Shown in pieces: positions 49,301 through 61,015 of a stretch of DNA of 64,000 bases. The notes beneath the pieces were generated by a model. That model saw nothing but the letters and a program-made list of their open reading frames with translations, did not search any database and had not been told where the DNA came from. How positions within the stretch are numbered: the first letter of the stretch is position 1; each line of letters starts with the position of its first letter. The position numbers and the translations under genes were made by a program. Source of the stretch: a virus; IMG/VR virus record IMGVR_UViG_3300033149_002633, positions 1 through 64,000 of that record; one strand, given 5' to 3'.

Positions 49301-50666
49301 CTGTTGTCTTTCCAGAGAGCCATGTATCAGCTCTTCCGTCAGTATGGTATTGGGGATGGTCGTCATCTGTTAAACCAGCTAAATCTCCATGGTCAATTAT
49401 GTTAGGCTTAGTATATTCTATTGAGAATGTTGTTCTAACGTCTATCCATGCATCGCTTGGGAAAGGAGGAAGTTCAGTATCTCCTTCTTGTGTTATAAGA
49501 GCTATTGATTTAGGTAAAATACTTAATCCATCTGGTATATTAGGTAAAGCACCATTTACAGCATCAGCAAAGTTGTTGAAATATTCTTGTGGATAAATCC
49601 AATGAATTTCAGTTGGAGAAACAATAAACAAGCTTTTAACATATTTATTAACTGGTAAAGCAGCTAAACCAGTTCCAGTATCATAATTAACAGTGTCTAT
49701 TGTAGAACTTGTATCAGAAACCCAGTTACCAGAAGCGTCATGATACCATCTTCTTATCAGTGTTACTGTACTATCTATTGATGGTACAGTAACTTTAACA
49801 TTCATATTTTCATAATATTCTCCACCATCTGTTTTAACTGCTAAAGCTGTAACACCTTGTGGCTCTACTATTAAACCTTTCTTAACAAATTCTGGGAATA
49901 AATCTTTAAGAGCTTTAAACCCATCATTAAACGCAAATGATACACTATTCTCTTGATGTATCCTATAAATACTACCATTGACACATGATACTCTACCAAG
50001 TAGAATATGGTTAAAATTAGGAAAAGTAGTAGATACTTGAACACCTAATCCTTCATTGGCATAATCTATATACAGATAATTTACTGCATTATCTGTTAGA
50101 GTTGCTGAACCACTTTCAAAGCTTTTTACATCATTACTATATATGTTGTTATAATGACCTTCAGTCCATGATATAGTCAATCCTCCAAGCGAACTTAATT
50201 CTCCTCCTTGAAGGAGCCAATTAGGTGTAACATGTTCAAACATGTCATGGACTGTATGAACTGTTGAACCATCACTATCATAATGATGTGCTATTAATTT
50301 TGCACCAAATCCATCTCCAATAGAATATAAATCAGCTCTTAAAGTAGCATCCGAAGAACCAGAACCCCATTCCTCAAAAGGTCTAGCTACACCACTAACT
50401 ATAGCATAAACATTATTTTCATTAGCAAAAATACCGAATTTTGTTCCAGTTAAAATAGTATCCTTAACATTTCCTAAAGTTCCAGAACCAAATCCAATGA
50501 CTACTTTGTTAGCATCGAATTCTATAAAACCACTACTACTATCCCATGTTTTTCCACTTAATACTCCAGATGAAGTAAGCTCGTAACCATCTATATCTAT
50601 AAATAAAGCTGAATAAGCTTCATTTGCTCCACTTGTAATATAGTCTGATGATATATAAAATGTCAT
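46351..50666 (-). CDS. Long tail fibre, split by a frameshift near 47040-47060
   Basis: DH..L.GL.DDDHPQY repeats, EGTTNLYYT..RV, HTH.LDDLSDV; downstream ORF continues fibre motifs in the -1 frame. Confidence 0.8.
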
Positions 50667-51538
50667 GCTGGTTCAACCTTCTCCTTTCTATTCGGACTAT
50701 TTAATGTTCCATTACTTATATTTATTTGTCCATTTTGGTGTTGTATAGAAGTAAATGTTAAAGTTGATGGTGTTGAAACTGGGATAGGAGAACCTATTGG
50801 TGACATAGTTATTTGTCCAGCAGTAATAGTCATTACACCATTTGTTATTTGATAAGTTCCTCCATTAATATCTACCGTATCTCCATCAGCAGCTACACTT
50901 TTTCCATTCTCACTATCAGTATTAAAGTAAATACCATTATTAGTATCAAAATAGACTTCATTATTAATATTAAAACGAATATCCTTACTTGTTTCTATTA
51001 TTACAGACCCATTTGCCATAGTAATAGATACCATATCTTCTCCATCTTTTCTTATAACTATTACCCCTTCATCTGGTAAGCTTGGTATCTCTGTAGCGTC
51101 TCTTTGGTCGAATTCATCATCAATATACTGTTTATTTGTTTGTAAAGTCCAATCTTTATATTCTTCTCCACTAACAATACTTATCCTATCCCCAGATATA
51201 GTAACATTACCAGTAGTACTTCCACTGGTAGGAGACTCTGGTCTAGCTCCTAAATGTATCATAGCACCTTCTGGATTTACAGCTAGAAATTCTCCATCTA
51301 AAGGGTCTATAGAATTAGGTATTGAACCAATAATATAACTTAATGTATCACTAATAGCTATTATTACCCTATCATTAACTCTATAGCTAGGAACAAGACC
51401 AGTTCCATAATCTTTACTTGTCATATAAGACAATGGAGTACAAATATATTTATCATTCTCTTCTCCAACGAAGCCTAAATCAACTTCATATAAATTCCTA
51501 CCAACAATTTTAGTGATAACTCCCATTTCTGTCCTCAT
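50663..51538 (-). CDS. Baseplate central spike (gpV/gp5 OB-fold type)
   Basis: G.I..I...YEV, P.Y.VNDRVIIA, YIIGSI; follows the hub gene. Confidence 0.75.
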   Translation of the reverse strand: MRTEMGVITKIVGRNLYEVDLGFVGEENDKYICTPLSYMTSKDYGTGLVPSYRVNDRVIIAISDTLSYIIGSIPNSIDPLDGEFLAVNPEGAMIHLGARPESPTSGSTTGNVTISGDRISIVSGEEYKDWTLQTNKQYIDDEFDQRDATEIPSLPDEGVIVIRKDGEDMVSITMANGSVIIETSKDIRFNINNEVYFDTNNGIYFNTDSENGKSVAADGDTVDINGGTYQITNGVMTITAGQITMSPIGSPIPVSTPSTLTFTSIQHQNGQINISNGTLNSPNRKEKVEPA

Positions 51539-54500
51539 TATCCTAATAACCTCCTTGTAGAGATAGAAGCATGTTCCGATAAACCAGCACGTTGTAAGAA
51601 AGTAGATAATTCTCTTGTAACAACATTATCTTCATCAAAAGGTATATTACTGAGTAAAGGATTATCTGTAATATAAATTTTTGACATGAAACCACTTGTT
51701 ATACCAAAATTACCAGCATAAATGATATGTCTATAAACGAACCAACGAGGTATATCTTCCTTTGGTATCTTAAGACTTTTTAAATCTGATATATTTATTC
51801 CATCTTCAAAGAATATTTTTCCTTCCCCATTCTCTATAAAATCTCTATTAACTTTTATTACTCCTCCAGAAATCCAATCAGCTAATCTTCCTTTACTTGT
51901 AATGGTATTACCTATTAATTGTGAGATTTTAGTCTTGTACTCTATTCCACCATCTGGTCTGGCATATCTAAGCTTTCTGCTCAAATGTTCTATTGCTCTA
52001 CCTCTGCTTTCTTCAAATAATATTATTTCATCTCCTACTTGTATATCAATTGCAGAAGGCATATAAATAGAACCATTTCTTCCTTCCATTGCAATAAGGT
52101 CATTAATCATTATACCTATTGTCTCTATACCTAACCTTATTATATCTAATACTATCTGAATAGCATTTCGTTTAAGCACTGCAATACTGTTTATAAAACT
52201 ACCTCTCTTTAAATCGTCTCCATATTTAGTAATGATTTGAGTATATTTATTTTTATCTTCTTCTAATATTCTTGTTATTCTTGCATTTCTTTCTTCTATA
52301 GATACTGATAATGCTGTAATGGGATTTGTTTTTTTCGTAGCTTCTAAAAACAATCTAAAAATTTTCTTTCTGTGTGACAAAGAATTTCTTAGTGCATCTT
52401 CTCTAAAAGGATTGATGAACATGAAATAGTCTCTTGTAATTCCTCTTTCCTCGTAAAATTTAGCAGATGTAAGCTCAAAAAAGTTTTTACATATATTATC
52501 TAAACAATCAAAAAAGCTTTTTGCATATATTGAAAAATCATGTAAAGTCATAGGTATAGTAGGTATAGTAAATCTAATTGGTGAATTTGGTAATTTAAAA
52601 GATATCCAATTATCCTTATCATTGTTATTCCAACATATATGAAAACCCTCATTAAAGTTAAATAGAATTTGAATATCTTTAAACGAACCACCAGCTTCTC
52701 TAACCTTATATTTTAATTGTTCAAACATATTTACTTTGCCACTATCTTCTTCCTCTTTAGTGGTTATATTAGTAATTGCATTGTATAAATCATTTACTTG
52801 TAATTTTAAGTTCTCTACCTCATTTGAATATATAATATTCCCATTTTTGTAAGTAATCAAGTCTTTCTTTGAGCTAATACTGGTTACTTTTCCTCTTAAT
52901 TGACCATCAGAATGATGAGCTCTAACAGAAGGGTTTTTTAGAATACATGAAACATTTAAAGGATTAATATAATCATCATATAATTCACATGAACTTACAT
53001 TTCCTCTTCTATTTATTTCATAAATATCTAATTCTGCTATCTCATCAAGATAAATTTCATGGGTATATCCAGAATTCTTTATTTTTCCAGAGTACCAATC
53101 TTTTCCAGAATATGTAAATAATAAAGTTAAGACTATACCTTTATCTTTTATAAACACATTAGAACTTACCCAAACATTTTTCCTAATATTCCCCATAACT
53201 TTCTGAGTATTATTAAATAATCTACTTATCCATGAAATTATGAAATCTATTAAAGATGGAGTATTCCTACTTGCAAATAAACGAGGTTGAGTAAATAAGT
53301 CAATAGCATCTGGATTAAACCTTTCGCTTGTAAAAGATGTGAATTTACTAATAGGTTGAGTAAGAGCTTCAGCTAAAGCATAATTAGAAGGATAATCATC
53401 TTGATTTAAATCTAATTGTATTTGTAATGAACCGTTATTATCATCTGATGCTGGAATTTTCTTAAACTTAATTCTGGATTTTGAAATACTTACACTATCA
53501 ATATATTTTCTTATGTTATAATCAAAAGATATTAATAGATAATTATATGGTCTCCCATAATCTTTTTCTATATTTATACTATTCTCATAGACTGTTTGTG
53601 ATAATACTCTAAAGAAATCTTCTGGAATAACAAAATAATTATTAGTCTCTTCTTCAATAGCCAGTCCTAAATCTATACATTTATAGAATGCTTTTTTACA
53701 TGTTTCCCAGAAGAAATTCTTGTTATATTCATTTACATCATATTTAGTCCCTTCTTCATCGTCTTCAAACCCATAATCAATCTTTAAATGTTGAAACATT
53801 CTAGCTGGGTCCATCCCACTCATTCTTAGTTGTGCTGTCCTAGCTAAATGATAGTTTTTAACAGTTATAAAACCAGCAAAATGAGGTACTTCTTTATAAT
53901 TAGGATTAATAACTCTATCTCTTATATAATATTTACCAGCAAAACATAATTCATCAATTAAATTACCATATTTTAAGAGATTTGACCCAACAGATACTTT
54001 TATTTTATCATCATAATAATCAACCATATCAACTTGAAACCTTTTTTGACTATAAAATTTTGCTAAATTAAATAATGGAATAGGAACTGAAGTAGGTGCA
54101 ATAGCTTGTGATGTTAAAGATTTAGGAATTTTAACTACCCAAAGATACATAATATCATTTGTCTTAATAAGACGATATAACAATCTTTGGTAATCTGAAA
54201 AGCTTATTTCTATTTTTGTTCCAAATCGTGATGATTTATCGATTTGAAGACCAAGTAAAGTATTATCAGAACCATATCCACTGGAACCTAAAACAAAGTT
54301 ACCTACAGTCTTAGTTAATTTTCCAACTTTCTTTAAAGTTGTTCCTATATTACTCTTTATCGTACCCATTAGGTTCATATCTTCTAAAGCTTTCTGTTCT
54401 GATTTACTTAAAACACTATAATCTATTTCATATTTATAATAAGGTTTAATATCTATAAACTTCTTATACCTCCCCTCATGATATCGCCATATTTCACATG

Positions 54501-54567
54501 CTACAGCTACTATTTCATCATCTGTTGAAAATACAATATCTTTATAGAGACTTAAATCTTTACTCAT
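51538..54567 (-). CDS. Large baseplate hub protein (gp27/gpD-like)
   Basis: Position between tube initiator and spike; F.GFI, G.D, IQVGD, W.V..H features. Confidence 0.6.
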   Translation of the reverse strand: MSKDLSLYKDIVFSTDDEIVAVACEIWRYHEGRYKKFIDIKPYYKYEIDYSVLSKSEQKALEDMNLMGTIKSNIGTTLKKVGKLTKTVGNFVLGSSGYGSDNTLLGLQIDKSSRFGTKIEISFSDYQRLLYRLIKTNDIMYLWVVKIPKSLTSQAIAPTSVPIPLFNLAKFYSQKRFQVDMVDYYDDKIKVSVGSNLLKYGNLIDELCFAGKYYIRDRVINPNYKEVPHFAGFITVKNYHLARTAQLRMSGMDPARMFQHLKIDYGFEDDEEGTKYDVNEYNKNFFWETCKKAFYKCIDLGLAIEEETNNYFVIPEDFFRVLSQTVYENSINIEKDYGRPYNYLLISFDYNIRKYIDSVSISKSRIKFKKIPASDDNNGSLQIQLDLNQDDYPSNYALAEALTQPISKFTSFTSERFNPDAIDLFTQPRLFASRNTPSLIDFIISWISRLFNNTQKVMGNIRKNVWVSSNVFIKDKGIVLTLLFTYSGKDWYSGKIKNSGYTHEIYLDEIAELDIYEINRRGNVSSCELYDDYINPLNVSCILKNPSVRAHHSDGQLRGKVTSISSKKDLITYKNGNIIYSNEVENLKLQVNDLYNAITNITTKEEEDSGKVNMFEQLKYKVREAGGSFKDIQILFNFNEGFHICWNNNDKDNWISFKLPNSPIRFTIPTIPMTLHDFSIYAKSFFDCLDNICKNFFELTSAKFYEERGITRDYFMFINPFREDALRNSLSHRKKIFRLFLEATKKTNPITALSVSIEERNARITRILEEDKNKYTQIITKYGDDLKRGSFINSIAVLKRNAIQIVLDIIRLGIETIGIMINDLIAMEGRNGSIYMPSAIDIQVGDEIILFEESRGRAIEHLSRKLRYARPDGGIEYKTKISQLIGNTITSKGRLADWISGGVIKVNRDFIENGEGKIFFEDGINISDLKSLKIPKEDIPRWFVYRHIIYAGNFGITSGFMSKIYITDNPLLSNIPFDEDNVVTRELSTFLQRAGLSEHASISTRRLLG

Positions 54568-54576
54568 ATAATCACC

Positions 54577-55113
54577 TTACCAAAGACCAACCTTTACTGG
54601 GAACTTAACCATTATTGGCAATCTTCTAATCTCATACAAATCTATAATATATGATACTCTCATCCTTTTATCTCCATGTAATTCCCATTCCATTCTATCT
54701 ATAGTAACAAATGATATGTCATAATCGGCTCTCATAAGAATAGGTAAATCATAAGTATAAAGATATTCCATGATGTATTTAACAGTCCGAGGGTCAAATA
54801 ATGAATCAGCTTTTAGGTTACCTAATCCCTTAAAATATTTATTCCACTTCCTAAAATAATTTTCGAAGTTTAAATCTCCCTTAATTTTGAAATGTGTAGA
54901 TTTAGTTCCAAACTTCTGTCTGATAGAACCTATCCTACCAATTGGATTTACCTCATTTACTCTTTTCTCATATATTCCACTCCAAAACTGTGCTTGTGGG
55001 TCAATTATGAAATATGGAGGTGCCCATAAAATCACTCTTCTTGTATTCTTAGTAGGGAATATTTCCCTATTCATACCTATGAAATCTTTCCTTATTGTAC
55101 TTTCTGATGACAT
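54577..55113 (-). CDS. Tail tube initiator (P2 gpU-like)
   Basis: Follows tape measure; IGR.GS.RQ.FG, Y.I.L.E. Confidence 0.65.
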   Translation of the reverse strand: MSSESTIRKDFIGMNREIFPTKNTRRVILWAPPYFIIDPQAQFWSGIYEKRVNEVNPIGRIGSIRQKFGTKSTHFKIKGDLNFENYFRKWNKYFKGLGNLKADSLFDPRTVKYIMEYLYTYDLPILMRADYDISFVTIDRMEWELHGDKRMRVSYIIDLYEIRRLPIMVKFPVKVGLW

Positions 55114-56580
55114 TTAACTACCTCCTACTGGAAGCCTTAATGATTTTAAGATATCCAATATTCTCTCAACAACTTCTGGGTTTGACACTCTACTTAACTC
55201 TCCAATCAATTTCTCTGTTAATATTGCTTGGTTTTTCTGGAACTCTTGAATTGATGTAAGATTAGACATAATTTCAATTTTCTCTTCTTCTGTAAATCCC
55301 CAATTTGTTTGTGTTAATCTCTCTATAAGTCTATCAAACTTTTCTCTTTCTTCCTTCGATAAAATAGACATAGCTCCACGATATAATTTTTCACTTTCTA
55401 TTCCTTCTCTGGCAGAAATTGGAACATAACCAAGTTTAGCAACATGTTTTTCTCCAGCTTGAAGTACCATATAGCTTTTTTCTTCACCCCTCATCCATCT
55501 TATAGTTAGACTTTCCATAAACTTGTCAAATGCTCTTTTAAGTTCATCATCTTTAATTTGTCCTTTAACTACTTCTTCCAATTGATTTTTTATAGCAGAT
55601 AAAACTATATTCTTAGCTTCAGATGATTCATAAATACCTTCTTGTCCTCCAACAAAAGATTCTGCTAAAAGAGCTAGGACTTTGTCACTATAATATTTAG
55701 AGAAGATTTCAGTAAATTGTCTAATAGCATCTTTACCTTTTACCCCTCTCATTTCTTCAGTCATACGCTCATATTCTCCTCGGGGTAATAATCCTAAATA
55801 CTCGATTTTTTGTCCTTCATCTCTAATAAAACTTGATACTCGTTTAGTGAGTATAGAAGCTAAAGAAAATAAAATATGGTCTGTATATATATCTAAAAAT
55901 TTAATTCTACCTTTTCCTCCCATAGTAAATTCTTTTTGAGCATGTTTGAATATTTCTTCTATCAATTCATATACCATATTTTGTAACTTTGCTTCTCCTT
56001 TAGAAATAAATTTACTAAGAAATTCTTGGCTTAAGACTGATAACTCTAATTCTTTTCCTCTTTTCCTTGGACCAAATTCAGATAGAATGTTGGATAGTTT
56101 TCCAAAATGAGCTAATAAAATATCCATAGCCTTTTGAACTTTCTTGAATTCTGAAGTCTCTCCTTCTTCTATTGCTTTAATTAATCTAACTCTGGCAACT
56201 TCAATTATTTCATCTATCTTTTTTCTTCCTCCTTCTAACATTTCATCTAAAATTTCATCATCAAATTTCTCAAGGTTTTTCTCCACTTCTTCTATCTTAG
56301 AAAATATGGTTTGAATTCCAGCATGACCAGAAACTGGTTTAATATAAGGTAACATACTCCTTATTAACATTTTAGTAGTTAAAATCATTCTTTTTATATC
56401 TTCAAAGTATCCTACTGTATCTTTTCCAGCCTTAACTTCTATAGGTTCTCCAGCAAAAGCCTCTTGAATAGCTTTTCTTATATCATCTCCTAATCTATCA
56501 AAATCTTTAAACATATCTTTTATTTGTTTAAGATTAGTTATCTCTGTTTCTGCTTTCAATTTTATAGTTATATCAGCCAT
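55114..56580 (-). CDS. Tape measure protein (short)
   Basis: All-helical 488 aa directly after the chaperone frameshift pair; starts MADITIKLKA. Confidence 0.7.
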   Translation of the reverse strand: MADITIKLKAETEITNLKQIKDMFKDFDRLGDDIRKAIQEAFAGEPIEVKAGKDTVGYFEDIKRMILTTKMLIRSMLPYIKPVSGHAGIQTIFSKIEEVEKNLEKFDDEILDEMLEGGRKKIDEIIEVARVRLIKAIEEGETSEFKKVQKAMDILLAHFGKLSNILSEFGPRKRGKELELSVLSQEFLSKFISKGEAKLQNMVYELIEEIFKHAQKEFTMGGKGRIKFLDIYTDHILFSLASILTKRVSSFIRDEGQKIEYLGLLPRGEYERMTEEMRGVKGKDAIRQFTEIFSKYYSDKVLALLAESFVGGQEGIYESSEAKNIVLSAIKNQLEEVVKGQIKDDELKRAFDKFMESLTIRWMRGEEKSYMVLQAGEKHVAKLGYVPISAREGIESEKLYRGAMSILSKEEREKFDRLIERLTQTNWGFTEEEKIEIMSNLTSIQEFQKNQAILTEKLIGELSRVSNPEVVERILDILKSLRLPVGGS

Positions 56581-56595
56581 CTTAAACCCTTAAAT

Positions 56596-57134
56596 TCATG
56601 CTTCATATAATGATATACATTCAATTATAAAAAGCATTTCTGTGATATTCATATCCAATATCTGTTTAGGAGATAAACCAGTCATTTTACACAGAGTATA
56701 AATTCTCTTACCTATTTCACTACGAGCTAATCGTCTAATTTCTCCCGCCCCACTTTGTGAAAAAAAGACAATTGCTCTATTGTTTTAGTTAAAACCTCCA
56801 TCATTCCTAAAGGCATCATATCAATTTCAGCATATGATATTGGTCTTCCATCTTCCGTAGTTACTAATCTACTTATTATATGTCTATCTCTTTCCATTTT
56901 TGTTTTGAATATTTCAGTCTCCATTTCAATTTTTACAGTCATAGGCTTAACTATAAAAGTTATCTCTTCATCTATATCATCATATCTTATAGTAACTTTC
57001 TCTTTCCTTTCTTCAGTTATAGATTTTAGTATTTCTCTAAATGCTTCTCCTTCTCTTTGACTTATAGCTAAAGTCTTTCTTAAATCTCCTAATGTAAGTT
57101 TAACATCTTTCTGATTTTCTGTTTCCTTACTCAT
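56596..57134 (-). CDS. Tail assembly chaperone G/GT with programmed -1 frameshift
   Basis: Short form stops at 56727; slippery T TTT TTT at 56766-56760 opens SQSGAGEIRRLARSEIGKRIYTLCKMTGLSPKQILDM... to a stop at 56596. Confidence 0.85.
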
Positions 57135-57169
57135 AACATCACCCATTTAAACCATTTGAAGCTTTCAAT

Positions 57170-57664
57170 TTATAAACTTACCTTTTCTACTCTCGAAGCA
57201 ATGAATGATATTTTTTCACGAGCAAATTCCCCTTCATCTATTCCTCCATCAACATCAGTAATAATTATACGACTAAATTCATAACCTTCATTCAAACTAA
57301 TAGCATAAAAAACTAAATTAACAGATGAATAAGGAAAAGTAATAGAAGGAAATCTTGGATGTTTAATTTCACCTAATATTAACATAGCTCCTAAATCTAT
57401 TAAATCTTGTCTAACATCTCTATGTTTCTTAAGCACTAACTTTTCTAATTCTCCTTCAGCTACAAATTTATCTCTAAAAATTTCGGAGGGAAACATATCA
57501 TCTCCTATAGCATAATAAGGTTCAGCAGTCCATCTATATCTCCATCTAATACGTTGAGCATCTCCTATAGGGAAATATTCAAGTCCTTCTTTATCTTCAC
57601 ATCTCAAAGCTATATAAACTTCATCAGAGTGGAGATAATTATATGGTTTATGATAACTCATCAA
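57170..57664 (-). CDS. Second tail-tube-like protein
   Basis: IG..Q.I.W, AIG, GE...E.I.F pattern parallels the adjacent tube gene. Confidence 0.6.
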   Translation of the reverse strand: MMSYHKPYNYLHSDEVYIALRCEDKEGLEYFPIGDAQRIRWRYRWTAEPYYAIGDDMFPSEIFRDKFVAEGELEKLVLKKHRDVRQDLIDLGAMLILGEIKHPRFPSITFPYSSVNLVFYAISLNEGYEFSRIIITDVDGGIDEGEFAREKISFIASRVEKVSL

Positions 57665-57701
57665 TATAAAAAAGAGAATAAAAATTAAAAAGTTTTCTTA
57701 A

Positions 57702-58292
57702 CTATGTCCCAGTATATGTTTCATTATTAACTATGTCAGAACTCATAAGACTATAATCATATTCTCCTTCAAGCTCCATAATAGTGAATTCTCCTTCTCT
57801 GACTTCTTTAACTCGTCTGGTAAATTTCACGTTATAAAGTTCATCCATATAGCCAGTTCTAACATTACGGATTTGAATTTTGAAAGAATAAGGTACAAAA
57901 TATTTAGTATCAGAAAGAATAAAAGGTATAGTATCGTCACCACTAAATAAACCGTCTATTATAAGGGAGCTATTTTCTGGCGTAATCTCTTCTCCAGAAG
58001 AAACAAAAGCACCAAGAGCATATTGTATAATACCCATATTGATAGCAGTAGGTTTAAGAGTACATCTAAGTATTCCTCTAAATCTTGTAGTTCTACTATC
58101 TATACGAAATTTTGAACCTATACCTCTAGCTTCTTTTAATTCTTCACTATCTTCATATCTTATAGTTTCCATTCTTCCTATATTGAATTCTACTGTTGAA
58201 CCCGCAATCTTAGCATCTGGAACAATAAATTTGAGGATGATATCATCCCCAAATTCTGTGCTGAATTTTTTAACACTTGCATCATAACTCAT
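57702..58292 (-). CDS. Tail tube protein
   Basis: Directly after sheath; IGRMETI, RGIG, L.NVKFT. Confidence 0.8.
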   Translation of the reverse strand: MSYDASVKKFSTEFGDDIILKFIVPDAKIAGSTVEFNIGRMETIRYEDSEELKEARGIGSKFRIDSRTTRFRGILRCTLKPTAINMGIIQYALGAFVSSGEEITPENSSLIIDGLFSGDDTIPFILSDTKYFVPYSFKIQIRNVRTGYMDELYNVKFTRRVKEVREGEFTIMELEGEYDYSLMSSDIVNNETYTGT

Positions 58293-58303
58293 TTTTCTTC
58301 ACC

Positions 58304-59614
58304 TCATAATGATAATGTAGCAGTTAAATCTATTACAACTTTCAAAGTCTCGAACACTGGAACAAAGACTATTTTACATCTCATAATGTTATTAACCTCA
58401 TCTTCAGCAGAAGCATAGACTTTAGTACCAAAATTCTTTATCATTCCTTCGTTCTTACGTTGTGTTAATTTATCTCTAATAGCACTATTAGCTGAAGCTC
58501 TTGAAGAAACAGTATTAGCTTTAAATAAGTATCGTCTCATAATACTACGAGCATCTTTAGCAAGAGTATCCATGATTTGTCTTGTAGTTATCAAAGTTGG
58601 CATTTCATTTCCATTAGCATCTTCTGGTTTATCAGTAACAGTAAATAACCAACCTCTATCGAATGACCAGCTTTCAGCTCCACCAGAAACCCATCTACGT
58701 GGAAACAGAACATGGTCATTCCACATACTTTTTAACTTAACATTATTTAATGCAGCTTTATTCTTGTTACCTTGATAAGATGGAGTCCAATCAGAGATAT
58801 AGCTTAATGGCACATGAGCATCTTGACTTGATAATTTCCCAGCTATATAAGCTGCTAAGAAATTACCTCCAATCTCATGAGTACCAGATGACCATAATTC
58901 TCCAGACCATAAATGACTGTCAGTAATATCTCCAGTAGCATAAGTAAATTTCCAAGTAGTATTAGCTACAACACAAATAACTCTACCATTATCATCTTTT
59001 AAATTAGAAGCTATGCTGGGTAATGAATAAGACATATCTGAACCAGAGAAAGCTCTATTCCAAGATACACCAGTAACATAAACCCTTTCCTTTCCTTCTT
59101 CTCGACTTGATGCTGTTAATACTTCTGATTTAACTGTAGCGATAGGTTCATAACCAGCAAGAACAACGTAATAGACATCATCAAAAGCTCTTAAAGCTTG
59201 AAGTGCTTCAGTTAATCCATCTGGAGTAGTAGTAGGTCCAGCTCCGCTACCAGATAAAACACAACCATAAACCCTTTTAGCTCCACCAGCAAATGCTAAT
59301 TCTACTGCTCTCATAAAATTAGTTGAAGGGTCAAAAGGTGCTTCGCCTAAAGCTCCACTACCAAAAGTGCCTACACTCCAGTCATCTCCAGTAGCAAGTC
59401 CCATCTTATTTTTAAAGTCAAGGATATTTTCATAAACAAATACAGTACCTACTTGTCCATTAGCAAATTTGTCATTATCTTGAAGGTTATAATCAGCAGA
59501 CCCAGATAACATATGACCAATGATAGCGACATATCTTCCAGTATCTACTGCAGAAGGCGATATACCTTCCGAACTTTGTTCTACATATACACCAGCAAGA
59601 GTATAATTGCTCAT
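58304..59614 (-). CDS. Contractile tail sheath protein
   Basis: AGVYVEQ, AIIG, AF.GGA, AYIAG, ITTRQIMD, F.PV...K.V. Confidence 0.92.
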   Translation of the reverse strand: MSNYTLAGVYVEQSSEGISPSAVDTGRYVAIIGHMLSGSADYNLQDNDKFANGQVGTVFVYENILDFKNKMGLATGDDWSVGTFGSGALGEAPFDPSTNFMRAVELAFAGGAKRVYGCVLSGSGAGPTTTPDGLTEALQALRAFDDVYYVVLAGYEPIATVKSEVLTASSREEGKERVYVTGVSWNRAFSGSDMSYSLPSIASNLKDDNGRVICVVANTTWKFTYATGDITDSHLWSGELWSSGTHEIGGNFLAAYIAGKLSSQDAHVPLSYISDWTPSYQGNKNKAALNNVKLKSMWNDHVLFPRRWVSGGAESWSFDRGWLFTVTDKPEDANGNEMPTLITTRQIMDTLAKDARSIMRRYLFKANTVSSRASANSAIRDKLTQRKNEGMIKNFGTKVYASAEDEVNNIMRCKIVFVPVFETLKVVIDLTATLSL

Positions 59615-59652
59615 AAGTTAAACTTCATTTGATGAATATAAAAGCTTTATCC

Positions 59653-60375
59653 TCACCCACTTCCAGAGACTGTACCAGAAGCAACCAGATTATCATAAGT
59701 AGTACCACTTGCTGATGAATAGACTTCATAAACAATTTCTCCAATAAGATAAATATTAGGTTCTACTTTTGGAACTATTCTAACATCAGCATTAATAAGA
59801 GCCAAAACTTCTCTACGATAGATAGTATCAACTCCTACATGATAAGATACATCTTTGATATATCTATCAGTTTGGTCATAACCTATCAGCTCTGAACCTA
59901 TAACCCTAATATTCCTTATACCTTTATCATACATATCATTAACATATGGAGAACTGGCATATCTAAGAAGATTTTGTAATTCCCAATCAATCATATCTCT
60001 AATCATAGTATTAGAAGTCCAAATATCAAATCTTACTAAGAATTCATATTCACCACCATAGACTGCATCATAACTACCAGAAGCAGCTATACCAGAAGCA
60101 GTATCAGTATAATCAAACAGAAAATTACCAATATATCTATTACGTTCTACTTCTTTCTGAATAGTAACAATGATAGAAGGTAAATGCATATTTTCTGCTT
60201 TTTGATAATCTCCCCAACACTTTATTTCAGCTGGAGTTGAACCAGACGTAACTAAGATAGTAGAAAGGTTATCTCTAATATATTGGACAAGATGAGCTTT
60301 TAAAGCATCACCAGCTAAACCTAATCTCCCTTCATAAGGAGAAAGAACTGCACCATTATAATCTTCCCAACTCAT
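59653..60375 (-). CDS. Tail terminator / completion protein
   Basis: LPSIIV, FDIW...RD; sits before sheath. Confidence 0.75.
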   Translation of the reverse strand: MSWEDYNGAVLSPYEGRLGLAGDALKAHLVQYIRDNLSTILVTSGSTPAEIKCWGDYQKAENMHLPSIIVTIQKEVERNRYIGNFLFDYTDTASGIAASGSYDAVYGGEYEFLVRFDIWTSNTMIRDMIDWELQNLLRYASSPYVNDMYDKGIRNIRVIGSELIGYDQTDRYIKDVSYHVGVDTIYRREVLALINADVRIVPKVEPNIYLIGEIVYEVYSSASGTTYDNLVASGTVSGSG

Positions 60376-60974
60376 TTCGCATCATCCCATGATTTGACTA
60401 TAATTCTCTTACTATCTATTAAGAATTCTCCTAAAGTAGCAAGTTTAAGAGGTCTCTTTCCAGATTTATCCCATTGAACTATATAATCAATACTAACTTT
60501 TAATTCCCCTTTTCCAGTAGTCGAAAGTCTTTCAGTAATAACAGACACTTTTCCTATATTGGCACTAACTTGACCTATGTCAATCGGACTAATAGATGAA
60601 CTCCAAGAAACATCAGATGACCTACCTATACCTCCTCTTGCTATTCTTTTTATAGCTCGTTCAGCAGCTCCAGAAAAATACATCGCCTCTGGAATATAGG
60701 GGTCAGCATATCTTCTATAATATTTTTCTGTCTCTGGTTTTCTTGATATAAATCCATAACTTTTATAAGTTCCATATGCTCCCATTAAAACATTATGCAT
60801 TTTTTTAGCTGTCTCAGCACCTAAATTATTTATAAAATCTTTAAAAGTGTCATCTAATAATGATAGAGAACCTCTATTATAAGTAATTTTAAACTGAAAT
60901 TTTAAATCTTTGAATTTGTTTGAGAATTGTCTCATAATTTTATTGACAATATCTCGTTTAGTCATACTTACCAT
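60372..60974 (-). CDS. Basic neck / tail completion protein
   Basis: Position; RP motif near C-terminus. Confidence 0.5.
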   Translation of the reverse strand: MVSMTKRDIVNKIMRQFSNKFKDLKFQFKITYNRGSLSLLDDTFKDFINNLGAETAKKMHNVLMGAYGTYKSYGFISRKPETEKYYRRYADPYIPEAMYFSGAAERAIKRIARGGIGRSSDVSWSSSISPIDIGQVSANIGKVSVITERLSTTGKGELKVSIDYIVQWDKSGKRPLKLATLGEFLIDSKRIIVKSWDDAK

Positions 60975-61015
60975 ACTAAATAAAAAAAGGGAAAAAAGTA
61001 TTAAATCTTTTCTTC

